Notes under the pieces: model-generated
Seen by the model: the letters and a program-made list of their open reading frames with translations, nothing else
The model's database searches: none
Told to the model about the DNA's origin: nothing
Made by a program: the position numbers and the translations under genes
Origin: a virus
Taxonomy: Duplodnaviria; Caudoviricetes
Direction: 5' to 3' (one strand)
Virus record (IMG/VR): IMGVR_UViG_2585427716_000002
Span: 59,903 to 123,902 of that record
DNA length: 64,000 nucleotides
Part shown: piece by piece, positions 29,067 through 38,194 of the stretch
How the letters are laid out: each line of letters starts with the position of its first letter
Position numbering within the stretch: the stretch's first letter is position 1

Positions 29067-30065
29067 TTGACGAAGGCTAACGCAATCTACACGGCGGCTG
29101 ATTGGTCTCGACACGAAGACGACTTTACCCAAATGTTCTATAACCAAAACGTAAAGCAATTTTGGTTGCCCGAAGAAATATCTTTAACCGGAGATCTGCT
29201 TACATGGAAATACCTCGGAAAGAATGAGCAGGACACCTACATGAAGGTATTAGCTGGACTCACTCTTTTAGATACAGAACAAGGTAATACAGGTATGCCA
29301 CTAATCCAGGAGAACGTCGACGGACATCAACGTAAAGCTGTCCTGAATTTCATGGCTATGATGGAAAATGCAGTCCATGCTAAGTCTTACTCCAATATCT
29401 TCATGACTTTAGCGACAACCGAAGAAATTAATGATGTTTTCGAGTGGGTTAAAGATAACAAGTATTTGCAGAAAAAGGCTGAAATAATTGTGGGGATTTA
29501 TACCAACATAAGGAAAGGTGATGAACTCTCCCTTTACAAAGCAATGGTTGCTTCCACCTATCTGGAAAGTTTCTTGTTCTATAGTGGATTTTACTATCCA
29601 CTTTACTTCTATGGTCAGGGACGTCTCATGCAAGCGGGCGAGATCATAAACTTGATTATTCGGGATGAGGCCATCCACGGAGTATATGTAGGGCTTCTCG
29701 CTCAAGAGATATACAACAAGCAGGATGAAGAGACAAAAAAGGAACTAAATAAGTTTGCAAAAGATCTTCTGCTAACTCTTTATGAAAACGAATTAGAGTA
29801 TACTGAGGATGTTTACGACAAGGTCGGCCTAACAAGTGACGTAAAGAAGTTTATCCGCTATAACGCAAATAAGGCTCTAATGAATTTAGGCTTTGACCCA
29901 TACTTCGAAGAGGAGGAGATTAACCCAATTGTCCTCAACGGATTAAACACAAAAACCAAATCCCATGATTTCTTTTCAATGAAGGGTAACGGTTATAAGA
30001 AAGCAACAGTAGAGCCAGTTAAAGATGAAGATTTCTATTTCATTGACAAAAAAGAGCAGATTTAA
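29067..30065 (+). CDS. nrdF: Ribonucleotide reductase class Ib beta subunit
   Basis: [32 protein letters not shown]. Confidence 0.97.
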   Translation: MTKANAIYTAADWSRHEDDFTQMFYNQNVKQFWLPEEISLTGDLLTWKYLGKNEQDTYMKVLAGLTLLDTEQGNTGMPLIQENVDGHQRKAVLNFMAMMENAVHAKSYSNIFMTLATTEEINDVFEWVKDNKYLQKKAEIIVGIYTNIRKGDELSLYKAMVASTYLESFLFYSGFYYPLYFYGQGRLMQAGEIINLIIRDEAIHGVYVGLLAQEIYNKQDEETKKELNKFAKDLLLTLYENELEYTEDVYDKVGLTSDVKKFIRYNANKALMNLGFDPYFEEEEINPIVLNGLNTKTKSHDFFSMKGNGYKKATVEPVKDEDFYFIDKKEQI

Positions 30066-30335
30066 TTTCTGCTCTTTTTTCTTTTCGCAACTAACATACA
30101 AGGTAGTACGATCATTATTGTGTAAACCGAAACTAAGATTTGGAGTGAATAAAATGGTATTTTTCTCAAGTAGGCACCGGGTAAGTAAGCTATCATTTAT
30201 ATCAAAGTTATGGATGACTCCTGTTGCTTATACATTAAAGTTCTTAGCTGGAGGAGTCATGCATATGGCTGACAAATTTGATGAGAAGGTAACTTTAGCT
30301 ATTGTCTCAAACACAACATTCAAGGGGGATATTTA

Positions 30336-30578
30336 ATGAGCATGAACCGTAGTGAAGAAGATCTCTACATTTCGCAGATGGAGAGCTGGCTAACAGAGCA
30401 AGAAATGTTAGAAAAACAATTAGAGAGAGCGGTCACATACCATCAGGATCTATCTGACAACCATAAAAAAATTTCCGAACTAAATGAAATCCAGCTGAAA
30501 GCCCACATAGAGAGGATTGAAATAGCAAAGAACGAGTATTCGGAATGGCTAAAAGAGCATGGGAGTGATAAGAAATGA
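30336..30578 (+). CDS. Hypothetical coiled-coil protein
   Basis: RBS AAGGGGG; overlaps the thyX start. Confidence 0.6.
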   Translation: MSMNRSEEDLYISQMESWLTEQEMLEKQLERAVTYHQDLSDNHKKISELNEIQLKAHIERIEIAKNEYSEWLKEHGSDKK

Positions 30579-31663
30579 AAGTCGGATTGATCCACCATAC
30601 GGAAGATTATCACAAGTTAGTTGAGATGGCGGCCCGAGAATGTTACCAGTCATATCACAAACTTGGTGAGGAATCTCATACTTTTATTAAAGGTATAATG
30701 GCAGCTGGCCACATATCAATCGCCAGCACAGGGAACATCGTATTCGGTATAGCTGGATTTACAGGTGTAGAAGAGTATATGAATGCTATGTCGGACCTCA
30801 TGACCATGAAGGAAATTAATAACTACATCCGTTGGACTTCCCCCGATCCTAAGAAAAACCCCGATAGTAAGATTGGCGTAATCGTCTCAATGAACATGCT
30901 TACTTTCCTGGACATTAATAATCAGGCCAATGACTATGAACTAAACACTAACCTGTTTGAGTTATTCAAAAGACTTGTGAACCGTGTACCTGAAATGGGT
31001 TGGTTCATCAATGATAAGACAAAACTTGAACCTAAAGAAAATCAGTTCACTGCAAAAGGTGAGCCTCAGCTTTACAAACCTATCATCCTTACAGAAGATT
31101 ATACAGCATTAAAAGAAAAAGGTCTCACAGATTATGAGCTAGACGTACACGCTACTGTGACGATGAACTTGAAGGTCGATAGAGCAACCGGCCTACAGAT
31201 TTGGCGTCATGCAGATATGGCCGGAGGGACTGAACTATCTCAACGTTATGTCGACCGTACAAATGCAGAATACCGCAAAATGTTGGGATTCGGAAAAGGA
31301 ATTTATCCTGAGAACCTGAAAGAAAAATTCACTGCTGCTACAGGACAATCAGATCGACTAGCTCAATTTGCTTATGACAATTTAGTGGAAGAAGTGTACT
31401 CAAACATCGAAGGGTCTATTTCCGATTATGCTGAATTGAGGGATAGACTTGTAAGTTTCGGTGTTCGTAAAAGCCGAGCAAAAGAGATAGCTCGTTCTAT
31501 GTTACCTAACGCTATGACTACCAAAATAATCAACTGCCGGCCATTACGTCAATGGAAACACTTCCTAAACCTAAGAGACACTAACCATGCACAGAAAGAA
31601 ATAAGAGCGGACGCTCAGGCAATAAAAATAGCATTCGAGGAAGCCGGTATAGCGTACAATTAA
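30575..31663 (+). CDS. thyX: FAD-dependent thymidylate synthase (divergent)
   Basis: AARECYQS, GHIS, RH...ELSQRY, KEIARSMLP, WKHFLNLR, HAQKEIR. Confidence 0.82.
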   Translation: MKVGLIHHTEDYHKLVEMAARECYQSYHKLGEESHTFIKGIMAAGHISIASTGNIVFGIAGFTGVEEYMNAMSDLMTMKEINNYIRWTSPDPKKNPDSKIGVIVSMNMLTFLDINNQANDYELNTNLFELFKRLVNRVPEMGWFINDKTKLEPKENQFTAKGEPQLYKPIILTEDYTALKEKGLTDYELDVHATVTMNLKVDRATGLQIWRHADMAGGTELSQRYVDRTNAEYRKMLGFGKGIYPENLKEKFTAATGQSDRLAQFAYDNLVEEVYSNIEGSISDYAELRDRLVSFGVRKSRAKEIARSMLPNAMTTKIINCRPLRQWKHFLNLRDTNHAQKEIRADAQAIKIAFEEAGIAYN

Positions 31664-31738
31664 ACCTAAAAAGCACCCATGACGGGTGCCAAGTTGCCCC
31701 TGTAAGGGGCAATTAATTTTTCATTGTTTTGTGGAAGG

Positions 31739-31909
31739 TTATTCCCTGTTCCTCAGTATACTGATGATTTCATTATTTTGATCAATCTTCTTAAAAGAAT
31801 TTCTCCTAATCGTCATTAAATATTTCACTACCCACCAAACAACGCTAATCCCTATAAACAAAAAGATAAAAGGTATAATAGTTGTGACCCAAGTCAGAAA
31901 CATTTCCAC
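31739..31909 (-). CDS. 56-aa single-pass membrane peptide (not in the ORF track)
   Basis: RBS AAAGGGGG; MEMFLTWVTTIIPFIFLFIGISVVWWVVKYLMTIRRNSFKK... Confidence 0.55.
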   Translation of the reverse strand: MEMFLTWVTTIIPFIFLFIGISVVWWVVKYLMTIRRNSFKKIDQNNEIISILRNRE

Positions 31910-31924
31910 TTTAGTTCCCCCTTT

Positions 31925-32146
31925 TTATAAATCGCTAATGCCCGCCAATAAACCTATAAGACTCAAAACAATTGTTATAGCAAGGAAAGCCCAGACTAAC
32001 GCAGCGAATGGCGTATTGATTCCCATACCTTCTTTCCATTTGGATATTCGACTTGTTCTGAACTTTCCTAGTTGAATACATAAGATTACATTTAATACTA
32101 CTGATATTACAAGGGCTGTTGCTAAATACAAGTTCAAACCCATCAA
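31925..32146 (-). CDS. Small two-TM membrane protein
   Basis: Two hydrophobic segments; RBS GAAAGG. Confidence 0.55.
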   Translation of the reverse strand: MMGLNLYLATALVISVVLNVILCIQLGKFRTSRISKWKEGMGINTPFAALVWAFLAITIVLSLIGLLAGISDL

Positions 32147-32310
32147 CCTTTCTTTTTAAGCTTTCCCCTAGTGTAACCTATAAGCTGTTGTAGATTTCAA
32201 GTGTCATTGTACATATTTTTTTGTAGGGATAAATATAGTAATGTATGTATTTATTTGTATATTTGTGTTAATATGGTATTGTTTCGAAAAAGTTTGATAG
32301 GAGGAGTAGC

Positions 32311-32895
32311 ATGAAAAAGTTTGTGACAGTCGTTATTGCCACGGTGTTAGCTCTCGTTTTGTCAACAACATTTGAAAACACATCAAAGGCTGCGGAAATG
32401 CCGCAGCAACCGGTTTTACCTGAGAAAGAAGTCGCATTTGATATGGATTCGACGAAACCTCAGGAGCAAAAAATTTATGACGATAATGGAAAGTATGTTG
32501 GAACTATGGGGATTATTCCAGAAAAAACTGAGGATGAATTCAGCACTATGGGTACATACCCTGTCCCAGTTGGTACAACAACCTTTAAAATCTACTGGAA
32601 TACTGGAGTAGTAAACCTAAGCTACCGTATCAAAGTCAATAGACCAAAACCAAAGAAAGTAATTTCCTACAGTAAAATCACAAAGGCGTGGGATGAATGG
32701 CATTTCGTAGCGCCGCCATTTACTGTTCAAGATGACGAATTGAAGATTACGAGGGCGCAAGAAACTTCGAAAGCGTCGGCTTCTGCACGATATAGACTGA
32801 AATATGGTGTGCTCGGTCAAGGTTCTATTCACTATGATTTGAAATCAAGAGTAAGTAAGCATTATTTGTATACCTCTGTTTCTAGTTTCGGATAA
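32311..32895 (+). CDS. Secreted protein moron (DUF5626-like)
   Basis: Sec signal peptide MKKFVTVVIATVLALVL...SKA-A; RBS AGGAGG; AT-rich upstream region; terminator after. Confidence 0.7.
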   Translation: MKKFVTVVIATVLALVLSTTFENTSKAAEMPQQPVLPEKEVAFDMDSTKPQEQKIYDDNGKYVGTMGIIPEKTEDEFSTMGTYPVPVGTTTFKIYWNTGVVNLSYRIKVNRPKPKKVISYSKITKAWDEWHFVAPPFTVQDDELKITRAQETSKASASARYRLKYGVLGQGSIHYDLKSRVSKHYLYTSVSSFG

Positions 32896-32944
32896 AAAAT
32901 AAAGGGCCTTACATAGGCCCTCAGCACCCTTCGTGGGTGCTTTT

Positions 32945-33187
32945 TTATTTAAGTACGTAATAATCAATCTGTTCTTTTAATTCGTTCTCACCTACAGCAG
33001 AGAAATAAATAGGCTCGATGGCGTTATTGGGGATGAATTCACAAATAAAGGCCGGAAGGTCTCCTTCCCCTGGCTCATGTAAATCAATATTGAAAATCCC
33101 TTGGTCTAGACTGAATGTCAGACCCTTAAAGTCAGATTTATCCCCTATCATCCCATCAATAAGGGTAAAAAGGTTATCGAAATTCAT
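32945..33187 (-). CDS. Hypothetical protein
   Basis: RBS AGGAGG; late-type promoter at 33222-33248. Confidence 0.6.
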   Translation of the reverse strand: MNFDNLFTLIDGMIGDKSDFKGLTFSLDQGIFNIDLHEPGEGDLPAFICEFIPNNAIEPIYFSAVGENELKEQIDYYVLK

Positions 33188-33271
33188 TTTTTAATTCCTC
33201 CTAACAACAATGTGCCTACATTATAAGGACAAAGCAGCAAGGAATAACGGCAATAAAAAAGAGAGGTATTA

Positions 33272-33685
33272 TCACCTCTCCAGTTGTATCCAGTGCATAT
33301 CTGTATTAAATTTAGCATTCCATTTATTTTCATAACCTTCTTGAAAGAATACAGTCTTTATTCCCGCCTGGGCGAGAGATCTAGTACAGTGTTCACATGG
33401 CTCATGGGTAACATAGGCACAAGCACCCTCAGTTACAACACCTCTCCTGGCACAATCCAGGATGGCATTTTGTTCGGCATGGACCGTCCTTATACATCTC
33501 CCTTCATCGTTAAGGAGATGACCCACTTCATCGCAATGCGGGTGGCCGCTAATGCTGCCATTAAAACCGGTGGAAATTACCCTCTTATCTTTTACCAACA
33601 CACAGCCGACATGTAGTCTATCGCAGGTAGCCATGGTGCTCGCCTGGATCGCTAAGTCCATAAAGTATTTATTCCAATCCCTCAA
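33272..33685 (-). CDS. dCMP deaminase (start revised to TTG 33685)
   Basis: TVHAEQNA and EPCEHC zinc motifs, STGFNG; RBS GGGAGG. Confidence 0.9.
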   Translation of the reverse strand: MRDWNKYFMDLAIQASTMATCDRLHVGCVLVKDKRVISTGFNGSISGHPHCDEVGHLLNDEGRCIRTVHAEQNAILDCARRGVVTEGACAYVTHEPCEHCTRSLAQAGIKTVFFQEGYENKWNAKFNTDMHWIQLER

Positions 33686-33777
33686 TTCAGTAAACCTCCC
33701 CGAATGTATGTAAAACACGCCTTGCCGAAAAATTTTTTCTCTGCTAATCAGCAAGGCGCTACCTAATCAAAACCTAA

Positions 33778-34440
33778 TTACAACTCCCGGGGACATGACA
33801 TAATATATTTCCAACTAGTGGTGTTAATCGCACCTTCCTCATTGATTTTCACAACCACTTTAGTAGGGTTATACGCCGGGTCGTAATAAAAAATCAGGTC
33901 CCCTTTATTAGAGACTTTACCTTTTGTCGAAGCTATTGGAGTGTCCTCTTTTCCGCTCCAATAAATAGACATCGAGTCAGGTTGATCATAAAAGTCGTAA
34001 GTTACTACCACAGTACCTACTTGATTAGGTAATGTGTGGTAAATAACTTGACTACTATCACCTAACCCATCGATAGTGTTGTTCGAAACTAGTAAATTGC
34101 AGCCGAACGGAGCTGCGGGAGTCCCTTCACCGCTAGGTACAGGTTGCACACCGTCTAAAACATGCATATCGCTGATATCTGCCTCAATTGCACAAAATAA
34201 TGATCCATCGTCATAAAAGAACATAATCAAGTAGTCTTTAGCACTTTTAGGGTCTACAGATAAACCTGAATACCTCTCGTCTGGTGGATAAATTATCCCA
34301 GTTAGTGAGGAATAAACTCCATTTAGGGGTTTAGCTTTCTTTCCGATGTTAGGGTCAGGATGAGGACCAGGTAGCGGAGCAGCTTCAACACTTATGCGAC
34401 TAATGGTCTCCTCAGTCAATGCTGGCATAGTCATAAACAA
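33778..34440 (-). CDS. Protein whose C-terminal domain is paralogous to the C-terminus of the tail lysin
   Basis: FYYDP...VVVKINEEG...SWKYIMSCP versus FYYRP...IKVKINEGG...GWKYTLYCP. Confidence 0.65.
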   Translation of the reverse strand: MFMTMPALTEETISRISVEAAPLPGPHPDPNIGKKAKPLNGVYSSLTGIIYPPDERYSGLSVDPKSAKDYLIMFFYDDGSLFCAIEADISDMHVLDGVQPVPSGEGTPAAPFGCNLLVSNNTIDGLGDSSQVIYHTLPNQVGTVVVTYDFYDQPDSMSIYWSGKEDTPIASTKGKVSNKGDLIFYYDPAYNPTKVVVKINEEGAINTTSWKYIMSCPREL

Positions 34441-34512
34441 TTCACCTCCTGACTGTCTAGTAAAGTTACCGTGCGTAATTCTCTCGATGAGAGGTTCTGC
34501 CGAATAGAGGAT

Positions 34513-34728
34513 CTAGACTTCAACAGCATAAAGCTCGGTTAAATCCTCATCTAATACTGAACGGTCAACAGCAATAACCCGGCCTTCCCCGACCTCGATA
34601 TGAATATCTTCCTTGGAGATATCCTTTAGACCACCTTCAAAAGCTCCGTGCTCACATACAATGAGGATCGCTTGACCTATTAAGTCACCTAACTCAGCGA
34701 GTGGACGTGGATCATAGTTTTTCTCCAT
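34513..34728 (-). CDS. Small hypothetical protein (Sm/SH3-like beta pattern)
   Basis: RBS AGGAGGAG; 71 aa. Confidence 0.6.
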   Translation of the reverse strand: MEKNYDPRPLAELGDLIGQAILIVCEHGAFEGGLKDISKEDIHIEVGEGRVIAVDRSVLDEDLTELYAVEV

Positions 34729-35158
34729 ATTAATCTCCTCCTAAGTAGACACTTTTTTTAATGGCCCGTAAGCCTCTCTTTCCCAAAATCTCTGAATCAC
34801 CTCTCTTTTGATAATATAAGTAACCAATGTAGTAATCGCTTTAAACCTTGGTAGAATTGCGATTTCCCCGGTGTACGCACACTAAGTATTCACAAAAAAT
34901 CTCTCAGGAATTTTTTAGCAACCTCTCCCCTATTAGATTTAAAGCTCCATGTATCAGAACCCCCCTCCCAATAAAGAAGACCACCACATAGGCAGCCCTG
35001 ATGACCTTATTCTCCCCAGCACTTACGCCATAAGCAGCCAGTCCATGTACGCACAGAAACATTCGAAAAAATTTCTCGCAGATCTTACGAACCATACCGG
35101 CGCTCAGCGGTGAAAATGCGATTCATTCGGCACCGGGTAGGGGTTTATTCCCCTTCCG

Positions 35159-35187
35159 ACTTATCATAATAATTAATTATGTTAAGT
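35159..35187. other. Xer/dif-like tyrosine recombinase core site
   Basis: ACTTATCATAA-taattaa-TTATGTTAAGT; right arm resembles XerD arms (E. coli TTATGTTAAAT, B. subtilis TTATGTAAACT). Confidence 0.5.
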
Positions 35188-35815
35188 CAAACAGTATAAA
35201 AAGGCGTGTATTTCCCCTCAATATGCGATCAATTGACCACATCCAACCAACCAAAAGAAATAAAGTGGGTGACAGCCCATGATATGCGATTTTATTTGTA
35301 CCCTAGTTCCGCTGCACAACGTCACCGACTTTAAAATTATTTATTATTGTCCCTTTTCTGCGGTGTTTATTGTCCTTCGCTTTTCTTGTTCCGTATTTGT
35401 ACGCAATGTTTTATTTTTATCGGAGCAAAGAGGGACGGCGAACGTATATAAAATTCATCAGATAATAAAGGTATCTAACCATATCGAATACAATAAAAAG
35501 GGCTTGTTATGTCTGCACTTGTATTGTTTTGGTGTATGTGTTTATTCTTCTTATTTATAGGACATCTATTTTAAAGTGCTTTATATTCGTTTTAAGGGGT
35601 CTTAAAGTGTATAGGTGTATTTGTATGAGGTTGTTTATATCTCTTTGTATGGGGTTTATTTATGGGGTTATTCGTATATGTCTATAGGGTTCTTTGTGTA
35701 TTGTTCTCCTATACTACTATTACTATCTCTTATACTATTAGTGTTATTGTGAGTCCAGGAGGAGACAGCCCGCCGGATAAGGTAAGAAGGCAAAATAAAA
35801 AGCCCCTGGAGGGCT

Positions 35816-36016
35816 TCAATCAAACATTATTGTAAAACCTGCATTGTATTCCTGTAAATAATATCCGTGTCCTTCTACGTACTCTATAAAGTCCGTTAGT
35901 TCGTGTATTACCTTCCTTGCTTGAGCTAATACACTTATAGGGGCGTCTGTCATGTAGTATGTGACACTCCCGCCCGAACTGATAGGGAATATAAAACCAT
36001 CATTTATAGTATCCAT
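35816..36016 (-). CDS. Hypothetical early protein (start ATG 36016)
   Basis: RBS AGAGGAG before MDTIND; followed by hairpin AAGCCC...GGGCTT. Confidence 0.55.
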   Translation of the reverse strand: MDTINDGFIFPISSGGSVTYYMTDAPISVLAQARKVIHELTDFIEYVEGHGYYLQEYNAGFTIMFD

Positions 36017-36038
36017 GTTTGTCTCCTCTTTCCTTTGT

Positions 36039-36497
36039 TTATTCCTCACTATGCCACTTTAAGCCCCTAGCCTTATAGAGAGGTTTCCAATGTTGCTCAT
36101 AAAAATCATAGCCCGCCCCGTCAATTCCAAAGAATATGCCTAGTTCCTCTGATTCATAAACCCAGATACCACAGTCAGCCACAACATCAATATTGTTTCT
36201 TATCCAATCATTGTCAAGACTGTCCCCGAACGTCCACATAGTACCCCACATAGGAAGCCCATACTTATCGTATATATCATCATTGTTACAATGTTGGCAA
36301 TATGGTTCACCGTCTTCATTTTTTACAATATCCTCACTTTCACAATGCCCGCATACTTTATTTGTGGTAAGTATTTCAACCTCATCTATAAAGTTTGGGT
36401 AAGCTTTTTCTATAAGTTGTAACGGGAGCGCATTAAATTCCCAAACCCATTTTTTAACCGCTTGGTCTAATGTTAATTTATTCATGTTGTTTACCAT
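36039..36497 (-). CDS. Hypothetical protein with zinc ribbon
   Basis: CGHC...CQHC; PMWGTMW and GIDGAGYDFYEQHW motifs. Confidence 0.7.
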   Translation of the reverse strand: MVNNMNKLTLDQAVKKWVWEFNALPLQLIEKAYPNFIDEVEILTTNKVCGHCESEDIVKNEDGEPYCQHCNNDDIYDKYGLPMWGTMWTFGDSLDNDWIRNNIDVVADCGIWVYESEELGIFFGIDGAGYDFYEQHWKPLYKARGLKWHSEE

Positions 36498-36541
36498 CCT
36501 TTATCATTTGTTTTCTTTATCTACTGAAGGTATCGGGGCTA

Positions 36542-37903
36542 TTAAAGCCCCAATACTTTTTCATCTATCCGAATTAGTATAAAGTCTCCGTAATGGGTGT
36601 ACCCTTCGTCATATGGTTCTAATTCTTTTCCATCGTCAATAGTTACGTAAGTATCTACAGAAGCATAAACAAATGTTTCATACTCACCGCTACCGCCACA
36701 AACTGGGCAATTTATGTCTATGTTCCTTCCTCTATTGTTTTCCACTGTATACTCACCACTACCACCACAAGCCGGACACTCACAATTTACAAGCTCTTCA
36801 AAATCATTACATAAATGTATTTCGTCCTCTTCTTCTAGTAAAAACTGTCCGTTTGTTCTTTCTTTGTGGTTTGTTGTGCCTTCACTCATTTGGCGCAAAC
36901 TAAAAATATTATATGAATTTAATAGACTTAATGCCTTGTCTAGTTCGTCTTTAGTTTCATTATTCCCATAAAGTTGTGAACCTATTAAAAATTTTTTTCC
37001 GTTTACGTTTATAAGTCTGCACATTGTGCGGGCTAACATTTTTTCCTCTGTGTCCTCCACGTCCTCCATATTCTCGTGGAGAAAGGCTATAAATAACTTG
37101 TTATCATACAAGCTAGGTAGCAAATCGAGACATTCTTCATATTCGTTTCGAGGGTCTTGGCATGATGTTCCGCTCATACTATGCCAGTCACCTGAACTAT
37201 AGAAAGCCATCCCTGTAATATGTTGAACCCTATCGGATACCGTTAAATAAAGGCACTTTTCTGTTTTAATTTGTTGACTATAATAGTCTAGAGTGTACTG
37301 GGAAAACCCTTGTTTCCTTAAAAATTTATTTAGCTTTACGTGTCTTTTTCCGTCCATCTTGTAACCTGTTTTCCATTCCTCGTAACTAATAGAAAAGTTT
37401 ATAGGCTTATCCATTAAAACAATATCGTCCACCAGAATTTTCAAGAAGTCCCCGTAATCCTCCGTACGTTCTATAGTTACGGGGTAAGTACCGATAAAAT
37501 CATTTTCAACTCTGTCACTGTAATAAATTTCACTATTTGCATATTGGGCGGTAACGTCCCCACTCTCCAAAATTTCATCAGCTTCCGAATAGTCTTGTTC
37601 AACAGTTAAAGGGATTCTTTTTCCTACGACTGCACGGTTAACCTTTTCGCCTGAAAATATAGAATTGAATATACTTAATTTAATTGAATACCTTAACGCA
37701 TTTTTTCTATGGTGTGTGATGTTCAAGTTGTCCCGCTCGTAGTAGTAGAGTAAATTGTCTCTATCCGAGCCGTTGAAAATCCCTAAACGTTTGTACTCTT
37801 TGATACGGTGTAGAACATCCCTTTTGTGAGATAGTATGGTACGGTACATCGATTTTGAATTTTGCAATGATTGTTCCCAGTCTAAAATAGATACGATACT
37901 CAT
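36542..37903 (-). CDS. Hypothetical protein with DnaJ-type CxxCxGxG zinc finger; paralog of 39477..40718
   Basis: CPACGGSG and CPVCGGSG; HITGMAFY...TSCQD. Confidence 0.75.
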   Translation of the reverse strand: MSIVSILDWEQSLQNSKSMYRTILSHKRDVLHRIKEYKRLGIFNGSDRDNLLYYYERDNLNITHHRKNALRYSIKLSIFNSIFSGEKVNRAVVGKRIPLTVEQDYSEADEILESGDVTAQYANSEIYYSDRVENDFIGTYPVTIERTEDYGDFLKILVDDIVLMDKPINFSISYEEWKTGYKMDGKRHVKLNKFLRKQGFSQYTLDYYSQQIKTEKCLYLTVSDRVQHITGMAFYSSGDWHSMSGTSCQDPRNEYEECLDLLPSLYDNKLFIAFLHENMEDVEDTEEKMLARTMCRLINVNGKKFLIGSQLYGNNETKDELDKALSLLNSYNIFSLRQMSEGTTNHKERTNGQFLLEEEDEIHLCNDFEELVNCECPACGGSGEYTVENNRGRNIDINCPVCGGSGEYETFVYASVDTYVTIDDGKELEPYDEGYTHYGDFILIRIDEKVLGL

Positions 37904-38003
37904 TTTTCTTACCTCTTTTTCTTTTATTTTGGTCTAGCACTGTAGGGGTACAAAACCCGTGCGGGAAAACTAGTAAATACGTTTTTCGTCTTGCTCTGTC
38001 ATC

Positions 38004-38040
38004 TACTATAAACCCATAGAATAGTATTGTCAATACTATT
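38004..38040 (-). promoter_or_regulatory. SigA promoter TTGACA-17-TATAGT with palindromic operator over the -35
   Basis: AATAGTATT-GTC-AATACTATT at 38020-38040. Confidence 0.8.
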
Positions 38041-38121
38041 TTTATATGGTGTTATGATTTATTTTTCCTTCTATATAAGGGTAAAAAAAAAGACGCTCAG
38101 CGATTTGCCGAACGTCTACAG

Positions 38122-38194
38122 TTATCCACAGGGTTGTGGATAACCTTGACACCTGTGGATAAATATGCTATAATTTATGTATGGTTGTGGATAA
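38122..38194 (+). promoter_or_regulatory. Four perfect DnaA boxes interleaved with a consensus SigA promoter
   Basis: TTATCCACA at 38122; TGTGGATAA at 38135, 38154 and 38186; TTGACA 38146, 17 bp, TG-n-TATAAT 38169. Confidence 0.85.

Noticed and set aside
26839-30065. Group I introns or intein in nrdE/nrdF, as in SPbeta
   Set aside because: Both ORFs are continuous and of normal length
35101-38102. 9-bp direct repeat CGCTCAGCG flanking the GATC-free segment, as a target-site duplication
   Set aside because: Short enough to be chance, the second copy lies within a terminator hairpin, and there is no transposase or recombinase inside
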